64,000 bases of DNA, from contig OZ244720.1 of NCBI GenBank assembly GCA_965219085.1, positions 704,001 through 768,000 on the forward strand, given 5' to 3'. The stretch's first letter is position 1. Every line of letters starts with the position of its first letter. The notes under the pieces are model-generated. The model did not search any database and had not been told where the DNA came from. It saw only the letters and a list, made by a program, of their open reading frames with translations. The DNA is from Dehalococcoidia bacterium. Lineage in GTDB: Bacteria; Chloroflexota; Dehalococcoidia; UBA2979. Below, piece after piece: positions 1 to 12,800 of this stretch. Position numbers and translations under genes: made by a program.

Positions 1-181
1 CGATGATCTCGTGGCCTGCGCGCAGAGCCTGGCCGTCACGGCCCTCTACACGCTCGACGAGGGCGAGTTCGTCTCCTACATCCTCGGAGCGCCCGAGTTC
101 GTGAACCGCAAGTTCAGGGAGTTGTTCCCGCACGGCGTTCCGCCCCTCACGCCGCTGGTCGCCGCAAGCGACGGGCGGTAG
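1..181 (+). CDS. 3' end of a surface-protein gene (runs off the window), ending in the same C-terminal domain as the giant adhesin
   Basis: Frame from nt 2 reads DDLVACAQSLAVTALYTLDEGEFVSYILGAPEFVNRKFRELFPHGVPPLTPLVAASDGR*, closely matching the last ~60 aa of 871..14910. Confidence 0.85.
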   Translation, partial: DDLVACAQSLAVTALYTLDEGEFVSYILGAPEFVNRKFRELFPHGVPPLTPLVAASDGR

Positions 182-307
182 GCCCCCTCGGAGCGCGACA
201 CCGCTGCCACTGAGCGCGGCCGAGTTCGCTCCGCCTTCCGCGCAGAACGCTCTTGCCCGGCAAGCGGCGTGACGGCTGCACTCCGCAGCGCGCCACCGCG
301 TCGCTGG

Positions 308-336
308 TTCTCAGGCAGTCGCTCATTGCCTGAGAA
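308..336. terminator. Stem-loop downstream of the upstream gene (possible terminator)
   Basis: TTCTCAGGCA-N9-TGCCTGAGAA 10-bp inverted repeat; no clear U tract. Confidence 0.35.
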
Positions 337-590
337 GAGGCCACACGGCCCTCAATCCATGACATTCACGATATGTTCATAGAGCAGAGTCGTAAGTTCA
401 CGCCCCGTGCACTGACACCGAGCCAACGAACAGGAAGAATTGCCCCGTTGAACCCGGGAGAGCGCAACACGCTCGCGCGAGGGGGGCACTGGTGCGTCCG
501 ATGGTCGCGAAGTCGAACGGGAACGCGCGGCAGGCAAGCGCAACGGCGCTGCTGACCGCGTCCGGCGCTGCCTGCGCGCATCGCGCTACT

Positions 591-604
591 AGAACAAACG
601 TACC
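591..604. promoter_or_regulatory. LexA/SOS-like box (GAAC-N4-GTAC variant)
   Basis: AGAAC-AAAC-GTACC, intergenic, ~270 bp upstream of the adhesin ATG. Confidence 0.35.
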
Positions 605-621
605 CCCCCCCCCCCCCCCCC
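603..621 (+). repeat. Poly-C homopolymer (C19)
   Basis: 19 consecutive C residues counted directly. Confidence 0.9.
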
Positions 622-870
622 ATTTTTCCGTCGGCGGCCCGTAGCCGGGCCTCGCTCGTTCGCTTCAACCGCCTCCGCCGCAGCGCCGCACGCCCGGAGC
701 ACACGCCCGTCCGCCGTCTCTCATCCGAACCGTCGCCGCCCCCGGCGCTCCAGTAGGGGCGCGCCCGTGCGTACCACGCCTCGTCTGCCGGCGTAGGCGC
801 ACGCCGCCGCCCCCGTTGGACGGAGGCTTGACGACGGGGCCATGCGCAACACGCACCAGGAGGAGCAACG

Positions 871-3800
871 ATGGCCCACACAGCCAGACCCAGGCTCGCC
901 ATCCTCTTCGCCGCCCTGGCCGCCCTCTTCCTGTGCCTCACCGGCCCGCCGGCCCAGGCCCAGGGCGGCTCCGTTCCCGAGAAGCCCACGGGACTCTCCA
1001 GCGAGGCGTCCCACGACTCGGTCAGCCTGACCTGGGACGACCCCGGCGACGACAGCATCACCCACTACCAGGTCTTCCGGCGCGACCGCGACGTCCACGC
1101 CGCCGGCGAGTTCGTCACCATCACGGAGAACACGGGCTCGGCGGCAACGGGCTACACCGACGACACCGTGGAACCCGAGCGGCGCTACGTGTACCGGGTG
1201 AAGGCCGTCAACGCCCACGGCGCGAGCACTTGGTCGGGGTACCGCAGGGCCAGCACCCCGGCGGCGCCCGCGCCCGATCCCACTCCCACCCCGACGCCGA
1301 CCCCGGACCCCGCCGACCTGGCCCCCAGCGGCCTGACCGCCGAGCCCGCCAGAGGGCGGGGGGTGGCGTTGCGCTGGACCGCCCCCGCCGAGGACGCCGC
1401 TTCCGTGACCGGGTACGAGGTCCTGCGCGCCCAGGGCAAGGCGGAGTTGACGACCCTGGCGGACACCGACAGCACGGACACGACCTATACCGACGAGACG
1501 GCCACCGCGGCCGGGGAGACCTACGCCTACCAGGTCAAGGCGCTGCGGGGCGAGGAGAAGAGCCAGGGGTCCAACTACGCGGTGGCCGGGATCCCCGCAG
1601 TGCGCGAGCGGAACGATCCCCCGATCGCCGTGCGGCAGAGCGGCATGACGAAGGTTCTCCCCAGCTGGAGCCTGATACCCAGCGGCGTCGGCCCTGGCGA
1701 CCAGTTCCGCCTGATGTTCCTAACCACCAACAGAGACGCCAGGCCAACAGACATCGATGTCTATAACGAGTGGGTGCAGGGCCGGGCCGCTGGCGGCCAT
1801 GACGACGTCCGGTATTACGCCGAGACCTTCAAGGCGCTCGGTTGTACCGCCGCCGACGACGCCCGAGACAACACGGGCACCACCCACACCAACGACGATA
1901 AGGGCGTGCCCATCTACTGGCTGAACGGCCCCAAGGTTGCTGACGAATACGACGACCTGTACGACGGGGATTGGGACGAAGAGGCGAAGATGCGGACCCG
2001 GGGCGGCAGTGAAAGGAACAATCCCCAGTATGTTTGGACGGGCTGCAACCACAATGGTACCAAGTATTCAGGCGCCCATTTGGGTTCCACCGAACCGTTG
2101 CTTGGAAGGCCGAATACTTCGGACGGCCCTCTCTCCAGTAGCAACGTCCTGCATAAGGCGAACGATCTTAACTTGTACGCCCTTTCCGACGTGTTCGAGA
2201 CGGCCTTCCCCAGTTATGCCGTGTGGTCTGCCACCCTCACGGTGGGAACCGAAAGCGCGACGCCCGACGACTTCTACGGATTCATGGGCAGCACCGGCGA
2301 CCTCGACCCGGACAACTTTATCTATGACACGTCCACGGTCACCGTCACGGAGCTGGGGTACCGGGGCGATACGGCCTACTTCGATATCGGCAGCGGCAAG
2401 GACGCGCTGGGATCGGGCGAATTCAGCCTGTACGTGGGCGGGACCTATCTGCGGATCTCCAACCCTGCCGCGGACTCCGACGGTCGACTCACGCTGCAGG
2501 ACCACGGGCTCAGCTGGAGCGCCGGCGACACGGTTGTTGTCTTTCTGACGGAGAACCAGGAAGCGTCGGGCGAGCCCACCATCATTGGCGCCCCCCAGGT
2601 CGGCGAGAGATTGAGCGCCGACACCTCGTCCGGCATCACCGACCCCAACAATAGCCCGCCCACTGCCGACGGATTCAGCTACCAGTGGATCCTCGTGGAT
2701 GGGGGCGTCGAGACCGACGTCCCCGGCGCCACGGCCTCCATCTACTGGCCCTCGCCGGCTGACGTGGGCAAGCGCCTGAAGCTGAAGGTCAGCTTCACCG
2801 ACGATGCCGGCTTCGACGAGGAGGTCACCAGCGAGGCCACCAACCCGGTGGCGCCGGTGGCGGTGACATGGGTGTCGTCCGACTGGAGCCTGATCCCCGA
2901 CGGCCTCGGCGCGGGCGACCAGTTCCGGCTGCTGTTCGTCTCCTCGGATGACCGCAAGGCTGGCGCTTCGGACATCGACGACTACAACGACTGGATCCAA
3001 CAGCAGGTGGCCGACAACGGCCATGCCGGCATCCAGGGCTACAACGGGCTGTTCCGTGCAGTGGGCAGCACGAACGACGTGGACGCCCGGGACAACACCG
3101 GCACGCGGTTCACCGCCGGCGAGACTGGCGTGCCCATCTACTGGCTCAATGGCGCCCAGGTGGCTGACGACTACGAGGACTTCTACGACGGGGATTGGGA
3201 CGACGAGGTGGATGTGCGCGACGAGACCGGCGCGGCGCCCACCAGCATCGGCCGGGTATGGACAGGCAGCGACCACGACGGTACGGAGCAGTTCACAAAT
3301 GGCGCCAGCCGCGCCCTGGGCAACAGCGGGGGCGCCTGGGTCAGGCAGGGCAGCCTGAATTCCGCCAGCGGCGGGCCGCTGTCGCGCGACACCGCCGACA
3401 GAAACAGTAACAACGAAATGTACGGCCTGTCGGGCGTGTTCCGGGTCGCCGACGCGCCGGTGGTTCCCTTGGACTGGGGCCTGCTACCCAGCCGCCTCAG
3501 CGAGGGCGACCAGTTCCGGCTGCTGTTCCTTTCTTCGGAAACGCGCACCGCCGAGTCTACGGACATCGCCGACTACAACACCTGGGTCCAGGCTCTGGCC
3601 GGCGCGGGCCATACCGACATCCAGGGCTACAGGCCGTATTTCCGCGTCGTCGGCAGCACTGCCGACGTGGACGCCCGGGACAACACCGGCACCACCTTCA
3701 CCGACGCCGACACTGGCGTGCCCATCTACTGGCTGAACGGCAGCAAGGCAGCCGACCACTACCGGGACTTCTATAACGGCAATTGGGACCAAGAGGCGTC

Positions 3801-6800
3801 CATGCGGGACGAAGCGGGAACCATCGTTTTCACTTTTCACCCCTGGACGGGCAGCAAACACGACGGCACCGAGGCGTTCAGCAGTGGCGACAGCCGCGCC
3901 CTGGGCGCAGCTTCCGTGAGGCGGGGTCAGCCAAACTCGACCGTAGCGGGGAGCGGCCCCCTGTCCAGCAATTCCGACGCGTCAGCCAGCGAGGTTGGGA
4001 AATTCTACGCCCTCTCGGACGTGTTCGAGGTATTCACGAACAGCCGGCCCACGGCCGGGCCCACGATCAGCGGCTTCCCCCAGCTGGGGATGACGCTCAC
4101 CGCCGACGCCTCGACCATCGTCGACCCCGACGGCACGAGCGGCGCCAGCTTCAGCTACCAGTGGGTGCGCAGCGAGGCGGGGACCGACAGCGAGATCAGC
4201 GGCGCGACCGCGACCAGCTACACCCTGGTGGAAGCCGACGTGGGCACGTTGATCAAGGTGACCGTGAGCTACAGCGACGGTGAAGACATGGCCGAGACGG
4301 CGACCAGCGAGCCGCTGGGTCCGGTGGGGCGCGTGGTGATCGACTCGGCCGGCAACGTCGACGCCAGGGGCGTCTGGCTCGAGAGCGCCGCCGCAGGAGG
4401 CTTCATCATCCGCTTGAGCGATGACGAGGACGACCGGGTCTACGGCTACACCACCGGCCCCCTGACGCACAGTCCCGCCCATGGCTTCGACCTGCACGCG
4501 GACAACGGCGACGCCACAGGCATCGCCGCCGCGGACGGCGTGCTGTGGGTGGCCGACCGCGGCGATGACCAGCTCTTCGCCTACAACGTGGGCGCCAGCG
4601 GCACGTTCGGCGCGCGGCTGACGGCCAAGGAGTTCGACCTGCACGCGGACAACCAGCGGCCCGCCGGCGTCTGGACGGACGGCGAGACCCTCTACGTCGC
4701 CGACCCGGACGAAGCCAAGCTCTTCGCCTACCGCGTGGGCGCCGGCGGCACGTTCGGAGAGTCGCTGGCGGACCAGGACGTGGCGCTGCACGCGGACAAC
4801 GACGCCCCCTGGGGCGTCTGGTCGACCGGCACGGTGATCTGGGTGGCGGACCGGTCCGACGACTTCATCTACGCCTACAGCCTCAGCGCCGGCGGCGCGC
4901 GGCTCGACGCCGTCGCCCTGCGCTGGGAGTGGCCTCTCGACACGGCCGACGGCAACACCGACCCCTGGGGCATGTGGTCCGACGACGACAGGCTGTGGGT
5001 GCTTGACGATGGCCGATCGAAGCTCTTCGCGTACTACCTGCCGCTGCCCTCGGCGCCGGACCCGCCGGCTGCAGTCGCGATCAGCGGCGATGGGGTCGGC
5101 GAGCTGACCGTGGAGTGGGAGGCGCCCGGCGACGACGGCGGCAGCGCCATCAGCGGCTACACGGTGCAGTGGAAATCGGGCGCCGAGAGCTTCGATTCGT
5201 CGCGCGAAGGGACGGCCGCCGCGACGGCCCGGTCGCAGACCATCCCGAACCTGACCAACGACACCGAGTACACGCTGCGGGTGCAGGCGACCAACGCGAA
5301 CGGCGGCAGCGACTGGGCCGAGACCACGGGCACGCCGCGCGCGGCGGCGGTCTCGATCACGGGGGATACGGAGTTCGTGCGGGAAGGCACGGCGGCGGCC
5401 TTCACGCTGTCGCGCACGGGCCCGGCCGCGGCGGCGCTGACGGTGAGCGTGCTGGTGACGCAGGAGGGCAGCTTCATCGACGGCACGCTGCCGACGTCGG
5501 TGACCATCGCGGCGGGCGATGCCGAGGCGCCGCTGCGCATCGCCACCGAGGACGACGACCTGGGCGAGGACGACGGGTCGATCAAGGTGACCATCACGGG
5601 CGTCTCGTCCGCCATCGCGATCAGCCAGACGGCGGGCTCGGCCACGGTGGCGGTGCGTGATGACTCGGACCTCAAGGCGAAGGTGTCGGTGGACGTGGAG
5701 TCGCTGACCTTCGCGGAGAGCGTCGGCACGGTGACGCTGAAGTACGCCGCGCGCATGGAGCCGAACGTGTCGCCGTTCGCGTTCGCGGTGTCCGTCCTGA
5801 CCGACCGCGGCACGGCGAGGACCCTCGACGGTGACTTCGAGGGCTTTTCCGAACACGTCACGGTCGCCGCGACCGATTTCCAGATCGAGAACGGGCAGCA
5901 GGTGGCGCACAAGACGGTCGACATCACGATCAACAACAACCATGCCGGGCGCTGGGAGGGCGACGAGACGTTCGACTTCCTGGTGCAGCGCGCTCCCGGC
6001 ACTCCCGGGTCCGTCCTGGTCGTCGACGGCGACGGGAACAACGCCGTGGGCGGCGCGACCACGACGATCACGATCGCCGACAACGATGCGGCGCCGTCGC
6101 TGGATATGTCAGTCAGCCCGTCGCTCGTCGAGGAGGGCGACAGCGCGACGCTGACGGTGACGATCGCCGACGGGTCGGCGTTCGCGGCGGACCAGACCAT
6201 CGCCCTGACCTTCTCGGGGACCGCGACGCGGGACGTGGATTACACCGCCGACCTCGCTACCGCCGACGTCGATGCGCTGACCCTCGCGGCGGGCCTGACC
6301 GAGGTCGCCGCAACCGTCACCGTTCTCGACGACGCCATCGACGACGATACGGGCGAGACGATCGTGATCGAGGCCGCGCACGCCGGCACGTCGTTCTCCG
6401 AGACCTACACGCTGACGATCGGCGTCGCGTCGCTCGCCAGCGACACGGCGCTGAGCGCTCTGGTGCTGAACGACGGCACGGACGACCTGACGCTCACCCC
6501 GGCCTTCGCCAGCGGGACGACGAGCTATGCGGCCTCGGTCGGCAACGCCGTCGCGCAGATCACGGTGACGCCGGCGAAGCGCGACACGGACGCCTCGCTT
6601 GAGTATCTCGACGCGGACGACGCGACCATCAGCGACGCCGATGGCATGACCGCCGGCCAGCAGGTCGATCTGATCGAGGGCGAGAACACGATCAAGGTCA
6701 AGGTCACCGCCGAGGACGACGCTACGACCGAGACCTACACGGTCGTCGTGACCCGCGCGCAGCGCTGCGATGGAACCCAGCTGTGGTGCGAAACGATGAC

Positions 6801-9800
6801 TGTTGGGACCGGCGCCGGGACGATCCTTGGTTGGTCTGCATCTGGGATAGTAATTGCCGGAGGTTCCCTCGGCGGCGGCGACCAGGATTTCGACTACGGC
6901 ACGCATACGTACAGTTTCGCAATCATTTTCTTGAGCGGCACAACGTTGGGTATCGAATTCGGCGCAGGCGCGGCAGGCGACCTCGCGAGCACGAGGACCC
7001 GGGACAAACTGGTGTTCACCGTGGACGGCCAGGCGTTCGGGCTGGGGGCGGGAAACCTTGCTGCCAATGGCAGAGGCGTGAACTGGACCTCGACCGGCCT
7101 GACCTGGATGGCCGGCGGCACGGTGGATCTCGAAGTCGTCGAGGCCGCCGTGTCCACCGACGCAGCGCTCAGCGACCTGAGCCTGAGCGACGGCACGCTC
7201 GCCCCCGCGTTCGCGAGCGATACGAACACCTACACCGTTGGAGTCGCGAACAGCGTCGAGACGATCACGCTGACGCCGGCGGCGAGCCACTCGTGGGCCT
7301 CGGTCGAGTATCTCGACGCGAGCGACCTGCCGATCACCGACGCCGACGGAATGACCGATGGCCAGCAGGTGGCGCTCGTGGTGGGTGCGAACACGATCAA
7401 GGTCAAGGTCACGGCCGAGGACGACGCCACGACCCAGACCTACACGCTGACGGTCACCCGAGCGGTGGCGGGGGCTGCCACCGAGGCGACGCTGAGCGAT
7501 CTGGTGCTGGACGACGGCACGAGCGAACTGGCGCTCACGCCGGCCTTCGCCAGCGGGACGACGAGCTACACGCGCTGGGTCGGCAACGGCATCGATCAGA
7601 TCACGGTGACGCCGGAGACGAGCGATGCGAATGCATCGGTCGAGTATCTCGACGCGGGCGACGCGACCATCAGCGACGCCGACACCATGACCACCGGCCA
7701 GCAGATCGATCTCATCGAGGGCGAGAACACGATCAAGGTCAAGGTCACCGCCGAGGACGACGCCACGACCGAGACCTACACGGTCGTCGTGACCCGCGCG
7801 GCCCCTGCCGCCTCGACCGACGCAACACTGAGCGGCCTGGTGCTGAACGACGGCGCCAACGACCTGACGCTCACCCCGGCCTTCGCCTCGGGGACGACGA
7901 GCTACGCGGCTTCGGTCGGCAACGCCGTCTCGCAGATCACGGTGACGCCCACAAAGAGCGACACGGACGCCTCGGTCGAATATCTGGACGCGAGCGACGG
8001 GGCCATCACCGACGCCGATGGCATGACCGCCGGCCAGCAGGTGGCGCTCGTCGAGGGCGCGAACACGATCAAGGTGAAGGTCACCGCGGAGGACGTGATC
8101 ACGACCGAGACCTACACGGTCGTCGTGACCCGCGCGGCCCCCGCCGCCTCGACCGACGCGACCTTGGTCTCGAACGAAGACGCAACGGCTGGGACGGGTA
8201 ACTCAAGCGTCATTCATGCGCAGAGCTTCGTCACCGGAACCAATGCCGGCGGATACACGCTCTCCGAAATCCAGATCCGGCTAGGAGATTCCAGTGCGGT
8301 GCCAGGCGTTACCGGCGTCATCGCGGCCGTCAAGGCCGATGACTCCGGCGCACCGGGCGCCCTCGTCGCCAATCTCGTCAATCCCGGCAGTCTGACCGCG
8401 GACGCATTCAATGCGTTCACCGCGCCGGCCGGCACGACGCTCTCCGCGAACACGACGTACTGGGTGGTGATAAACGAGGAGCGGAGCAGCAACTCCGACC
8501 GGGTGAGGTTGTTCTCTACCGCAGACGATGACGAGGACATAGCCCTGACGGGGTGGAGCATCGGGGACGGCCGCCTGTGGAAGTCCAACGCATCAGACGC
8601 CAGTTGGAACACCTCCGCTGACTCGAATCTGATCATCGTCAAGGGCACCGTGAAGGGGGGCGCCACCAACAACGCGCCGGTCTTCGCCGACGCCACGACG
8701 ACGCGCAGCGTGCCCGAGAACAGCGCCGTGGGCACGAACGTCGGGAGCGCGGTCACCGCCACCGACGCCGACAGCGACACGCTGGAGTACACCCTGGAGG
8801 GGACGGATGCCGCGTCCTTCACCATCGTCTCGACTTCCGGCCAGATCCAGACCAAGACGGGGGTGACCTACAACCACGAGGGCACGTCCAGCTATTCGGT
8901 GACGGTCAAAGCCGACGACGGCAACGGCGGGACCGACACGATCGGGGTGACGGTCACGGTCAGCGACGTGAACGAGGTGCCGTCGGCGCCGGAAGCGCCG
9001 GACGTTACGGCGGCCTCGGGGACGACGGACAGCCTGGTCGTGGACTGGAAGGAGCCGGCCAACACCGGACCGGCGATCACCGACTACGACGTGCAGTACC
9101 GAAAAGGCAACAGCGGCGCCTTCACCGCCTGGAGCCACACGGACGCCACCACGTCCGCGACGATCACGGGGCTGGAGGCGAGCACGTCCTACCAGGTGCA
9201 GGTGAAGGCCCGCAACGACGAGGGAGCGAGCGCCTGGTCGGCCAGCGGCACGGGGAGCACCGGGTCGCCAGCCAGCGACGCGGCGCTGACCGCTCTGGTG
9301 CTGAACGACGGCGCCAACGACCTGACGCTGACGCCGACCTTCGCCAGCGGGACGACGAGCTACGCGGCCTCGGTCGGCAACGGCATCGATCAGATCACGG
9401 TGACGCCGGAGAAGAGCGACACTGACGCCTCGGTGGAGTACCTCGACGCGAGCGACGGGGCCATCAGCGATGCCGACGGGTCGGCCAGCGGCCAGCAGGT
9501 GGCGCTCGATGTGGGCGCGAACACGATCAAGGTCAAGGTCACCGCCGAGGACGCGACGACGACCCAGACCTACACGGTCGTCGTGACCCGCGCGGCCCCC
9601 GCCGCCTCGACCGACGCGGCGCTGAGCGGTCTGGTGCTGAACGACGGCGCCAACGACCTGACGCTCACCCCGGCCTTCGCCTCGGGGACGACGAGCTACG
9701 CGGCTTCGGTCGGCAACGGCATCGATCAGATCACGGTGACGCCAACCAAGAGCGACACGAACGCCTCGCTCGAGTATCTCGACGCGAACGGCGCGATCAT

Positions 9801-12800
9801 CAGCGACGCCGACGGGTCGGCCAGCGGCCAGCAGGTGGCGCTCGATGTGGGCGCGAACACGATCAAGGTCAAGGTCACCGCCGAGGACGCGACGACGACC
9901 CAGACCTACACGGTCGTCGTGACCCGCGCGGCCCCCGCCGCCTCGACCGACGCGGCGCTGAGCGGTCTGGTGCTGAACGACGGCGCCAACGACCTGACGC
10001 TCACCCCGGCCTTCGCCTCGGGGACGACGAGCTACGCGGCTTCGGTCGGCAACGGCATCGATCAGATCACGGTGACGCCAACCAAGAGCGACACGAACGC
10101 CTCGCTCGAGTATCTCGACGCGAACGGCGCGATCATCAGCGACGCCGACGGGTCGGCCAGCGGCCAGCAGGTGGCGCTGGAGGTGGGCGCGAACACGATC
10201 AAGGTGAAGGTCACCGCCGAGGACGCGACGACGACCGAGACCTATACGGTCGTCGTGACCCGCGCGGCCCCCGCCGCCTCGACCGACGCGGCGCTGAGCG
10301 GTCTGGTGCTGAACGGCGGCGCCAACGACCTGACGCTCACGCCGGCCTTCGCCAGCGGGACGACGAGCTACGCGGCCTCGGTCGGCAACGGCATCGATCA
10401 GATCACGGTGACGCCAACCAAGAGCGACACGAACGCCTCGCTCGAGTATCTCGACGCGAACGGCGCGATCATCAGCGACGCCGACGGGTCGGCCAGCGGC
10501 CAGCAGGTGGCGCTGGAGGTGGGCGCGAACACGATCAAGGTGAAGGTCACCGCCGAGGACGCGACGACGACCGGGACCTACACGGTCGTCGTGACGCGCG
10601 CGGCCCCCGCCGCCTCGACTGACGCGGCGCTGAGCGGTCTGGTGCTGAACGACGGGACGAACGACCTGACGCTCACCCCGGCCTTCGCCTCGGGGACGAC
10701 GAGCTACGCGGCCTCGGTCGGCAACGGCATCGATCAGATCACGGTGACGCCGGAGAAGAGCGACACGGACGCCTCGGTCGAGTATCTGGACGGTAACGAC
10801 GCGGCGATCAGCGACGCCGACGGGTCGGCCGCCGGCCAGCAGGTGGCGCTCGATGTGGGCGCGAACACGATCAAGGTCATGGTCACCGCCGAGGACGCGA
10901 CGACGACCGAGACCTACACGGTCGTCGTGACCCGCGCCATGGCGGGTCCGGTGGCGCCGCTGCCGCGGCCAGACACGCTGGTCAGCAATATCGGTAAAGC
11001 TAACACCGGCATCGCCCCCCTGGACGCATATGATTTTACCCAGGAGTTTACGACCGGCGACAACAGCGACGGCTATACGCTAACCAGCGTCGACATCGAG
11101 TTTGGCCAAGTTGAGGAAGCCAGGATCACCTACGCGGTCAGCATCCGGGAAGACAAGACCGGCGAGCCGGGAAGGAAAATCGAAAGGCTCACCGACCCGG
11201 CCAGGCTCTCGGCCAACGCCCTCAATACGTACACGACATCCGGCATCGCTCTGGCGGCGAACACGACCTACTTCGTACTGGTGAACAGTAGCACTACCCA
11301 CACTACCTATCTGCGGTACACCAGTTCGGATGCGGAGGATTCCGGGGCTGCGAGCGATTGGACGATTGGCGACGCCAGCCTCTTACGGTTCCAGCACGGA
11401 GGCACCTGGGGCACTTCTTCCGAGACCATCAAAATCCGCATCAACGGCACGGTGACGGGGGCCGACGCGACGCTGAGCGGTCTGGCGCTGCACGACGGCG
11501 CCAACGAGCTGACGCTCACGCCGACGTTCTCCTCGGGGACGACGAGCTACGCGGCCTCGGTCGGCGACGCCGTCTCGCAGATCACGGTGACGCCCACGAA
11601 GAGCGACGCGGACGCCTCGGTGGAGTACCTCGACGCGAGCGACGGGGCCATCAGCGACGCCGACGGGATGGCCAGCGGCCAGCAGGTGGCGCTCGTCTTG
11701 GGCGCGAACACGATCAAGCTCAGGGTCACCGCCGCGGACGCGATGACGACCGTGACCTACACGGTCGTCGTCACCCGCGCGGCGACGGCCTCGAGCGACG
11801 CAACGCTGAGCGGTCTGCTGCTGAACGACGGCGCCAACGAGCTGACGCTCACCCCAAGCTTCGCCTCCGGAACGACGAGCTACGCGGCCTCGGTCGGCAA
11901 CGCTGTCTCGCGGATCACGGTGACGCCGGAGAAGAGCCACACGGACGCCTCGCTCGAGTATCTCGACGGAAACGATGCGGCGATCAGCGACGCCGACGGG
12001 GCGGCCAGCGGCCAGCAGGTGGCGCTCGTGGTGGGCGCGAACACGATCAAGGTCGAAGTCACCGCCGCGGACGCGATGACGACCGTGACCTACACGATCG
12101 TCGTGACCCGCACCACTGGCCCCGGCACGGAGCCCGGCCCGCCCACCAACGTGCAGGCGTCGGGCAACGCCGAGCTCGGCGTCACCTGGGACGCCCCCGA
12201 CGACGGCGGCAGCGCCATCAGCGGCTACACGCTGCAGTGGAAGTCGGGCGCCGAGAGCTACAGCACGACGCGGCAAGCCACTGTCACGACCACCACCCAC
12301 ACCATCCCGGCGCTGACCAACGGCACGACCTACACGGTGCGGGTCAAGGCGACCAACACCCACGGCGACAGCGGCTGGACCGAGATCACGGCCACGCCGG
12401 GATCCGGCGCCGGCGTGGCGTCGGTGACGGTGGACCAGGCCAGCATCACCCAGACCAGCGCAGACGTCATCGTGACGGTGGAGAACCTCCAGGGCGTAGG
12501 CCACACGGTGTACGTGCGCTACCGGGAGGCGGGCGCTAACTGGCCGGGGAGCGCGAACCTGCTCCTGGCGACCAGCGGGACTGCCATCACCGTCACCCTG
12601 GCCGGCCTGAGCGGGAACACGGACTACGACGTGGCGGCGTCCCTGGACAGCGGCATCGCCCCGGGAGTCCGGACCGCCAGCTTCACGACCTTGCGCACGA
12701 AGCCGGGTAAGACCAGGGCGGTGAACGTCACCTTCGAAGGGGACGGCCAGTTCAGCATCGGCTGGACCCAGCCCGAGAACGACGGCGGGTCGCCCATCAC

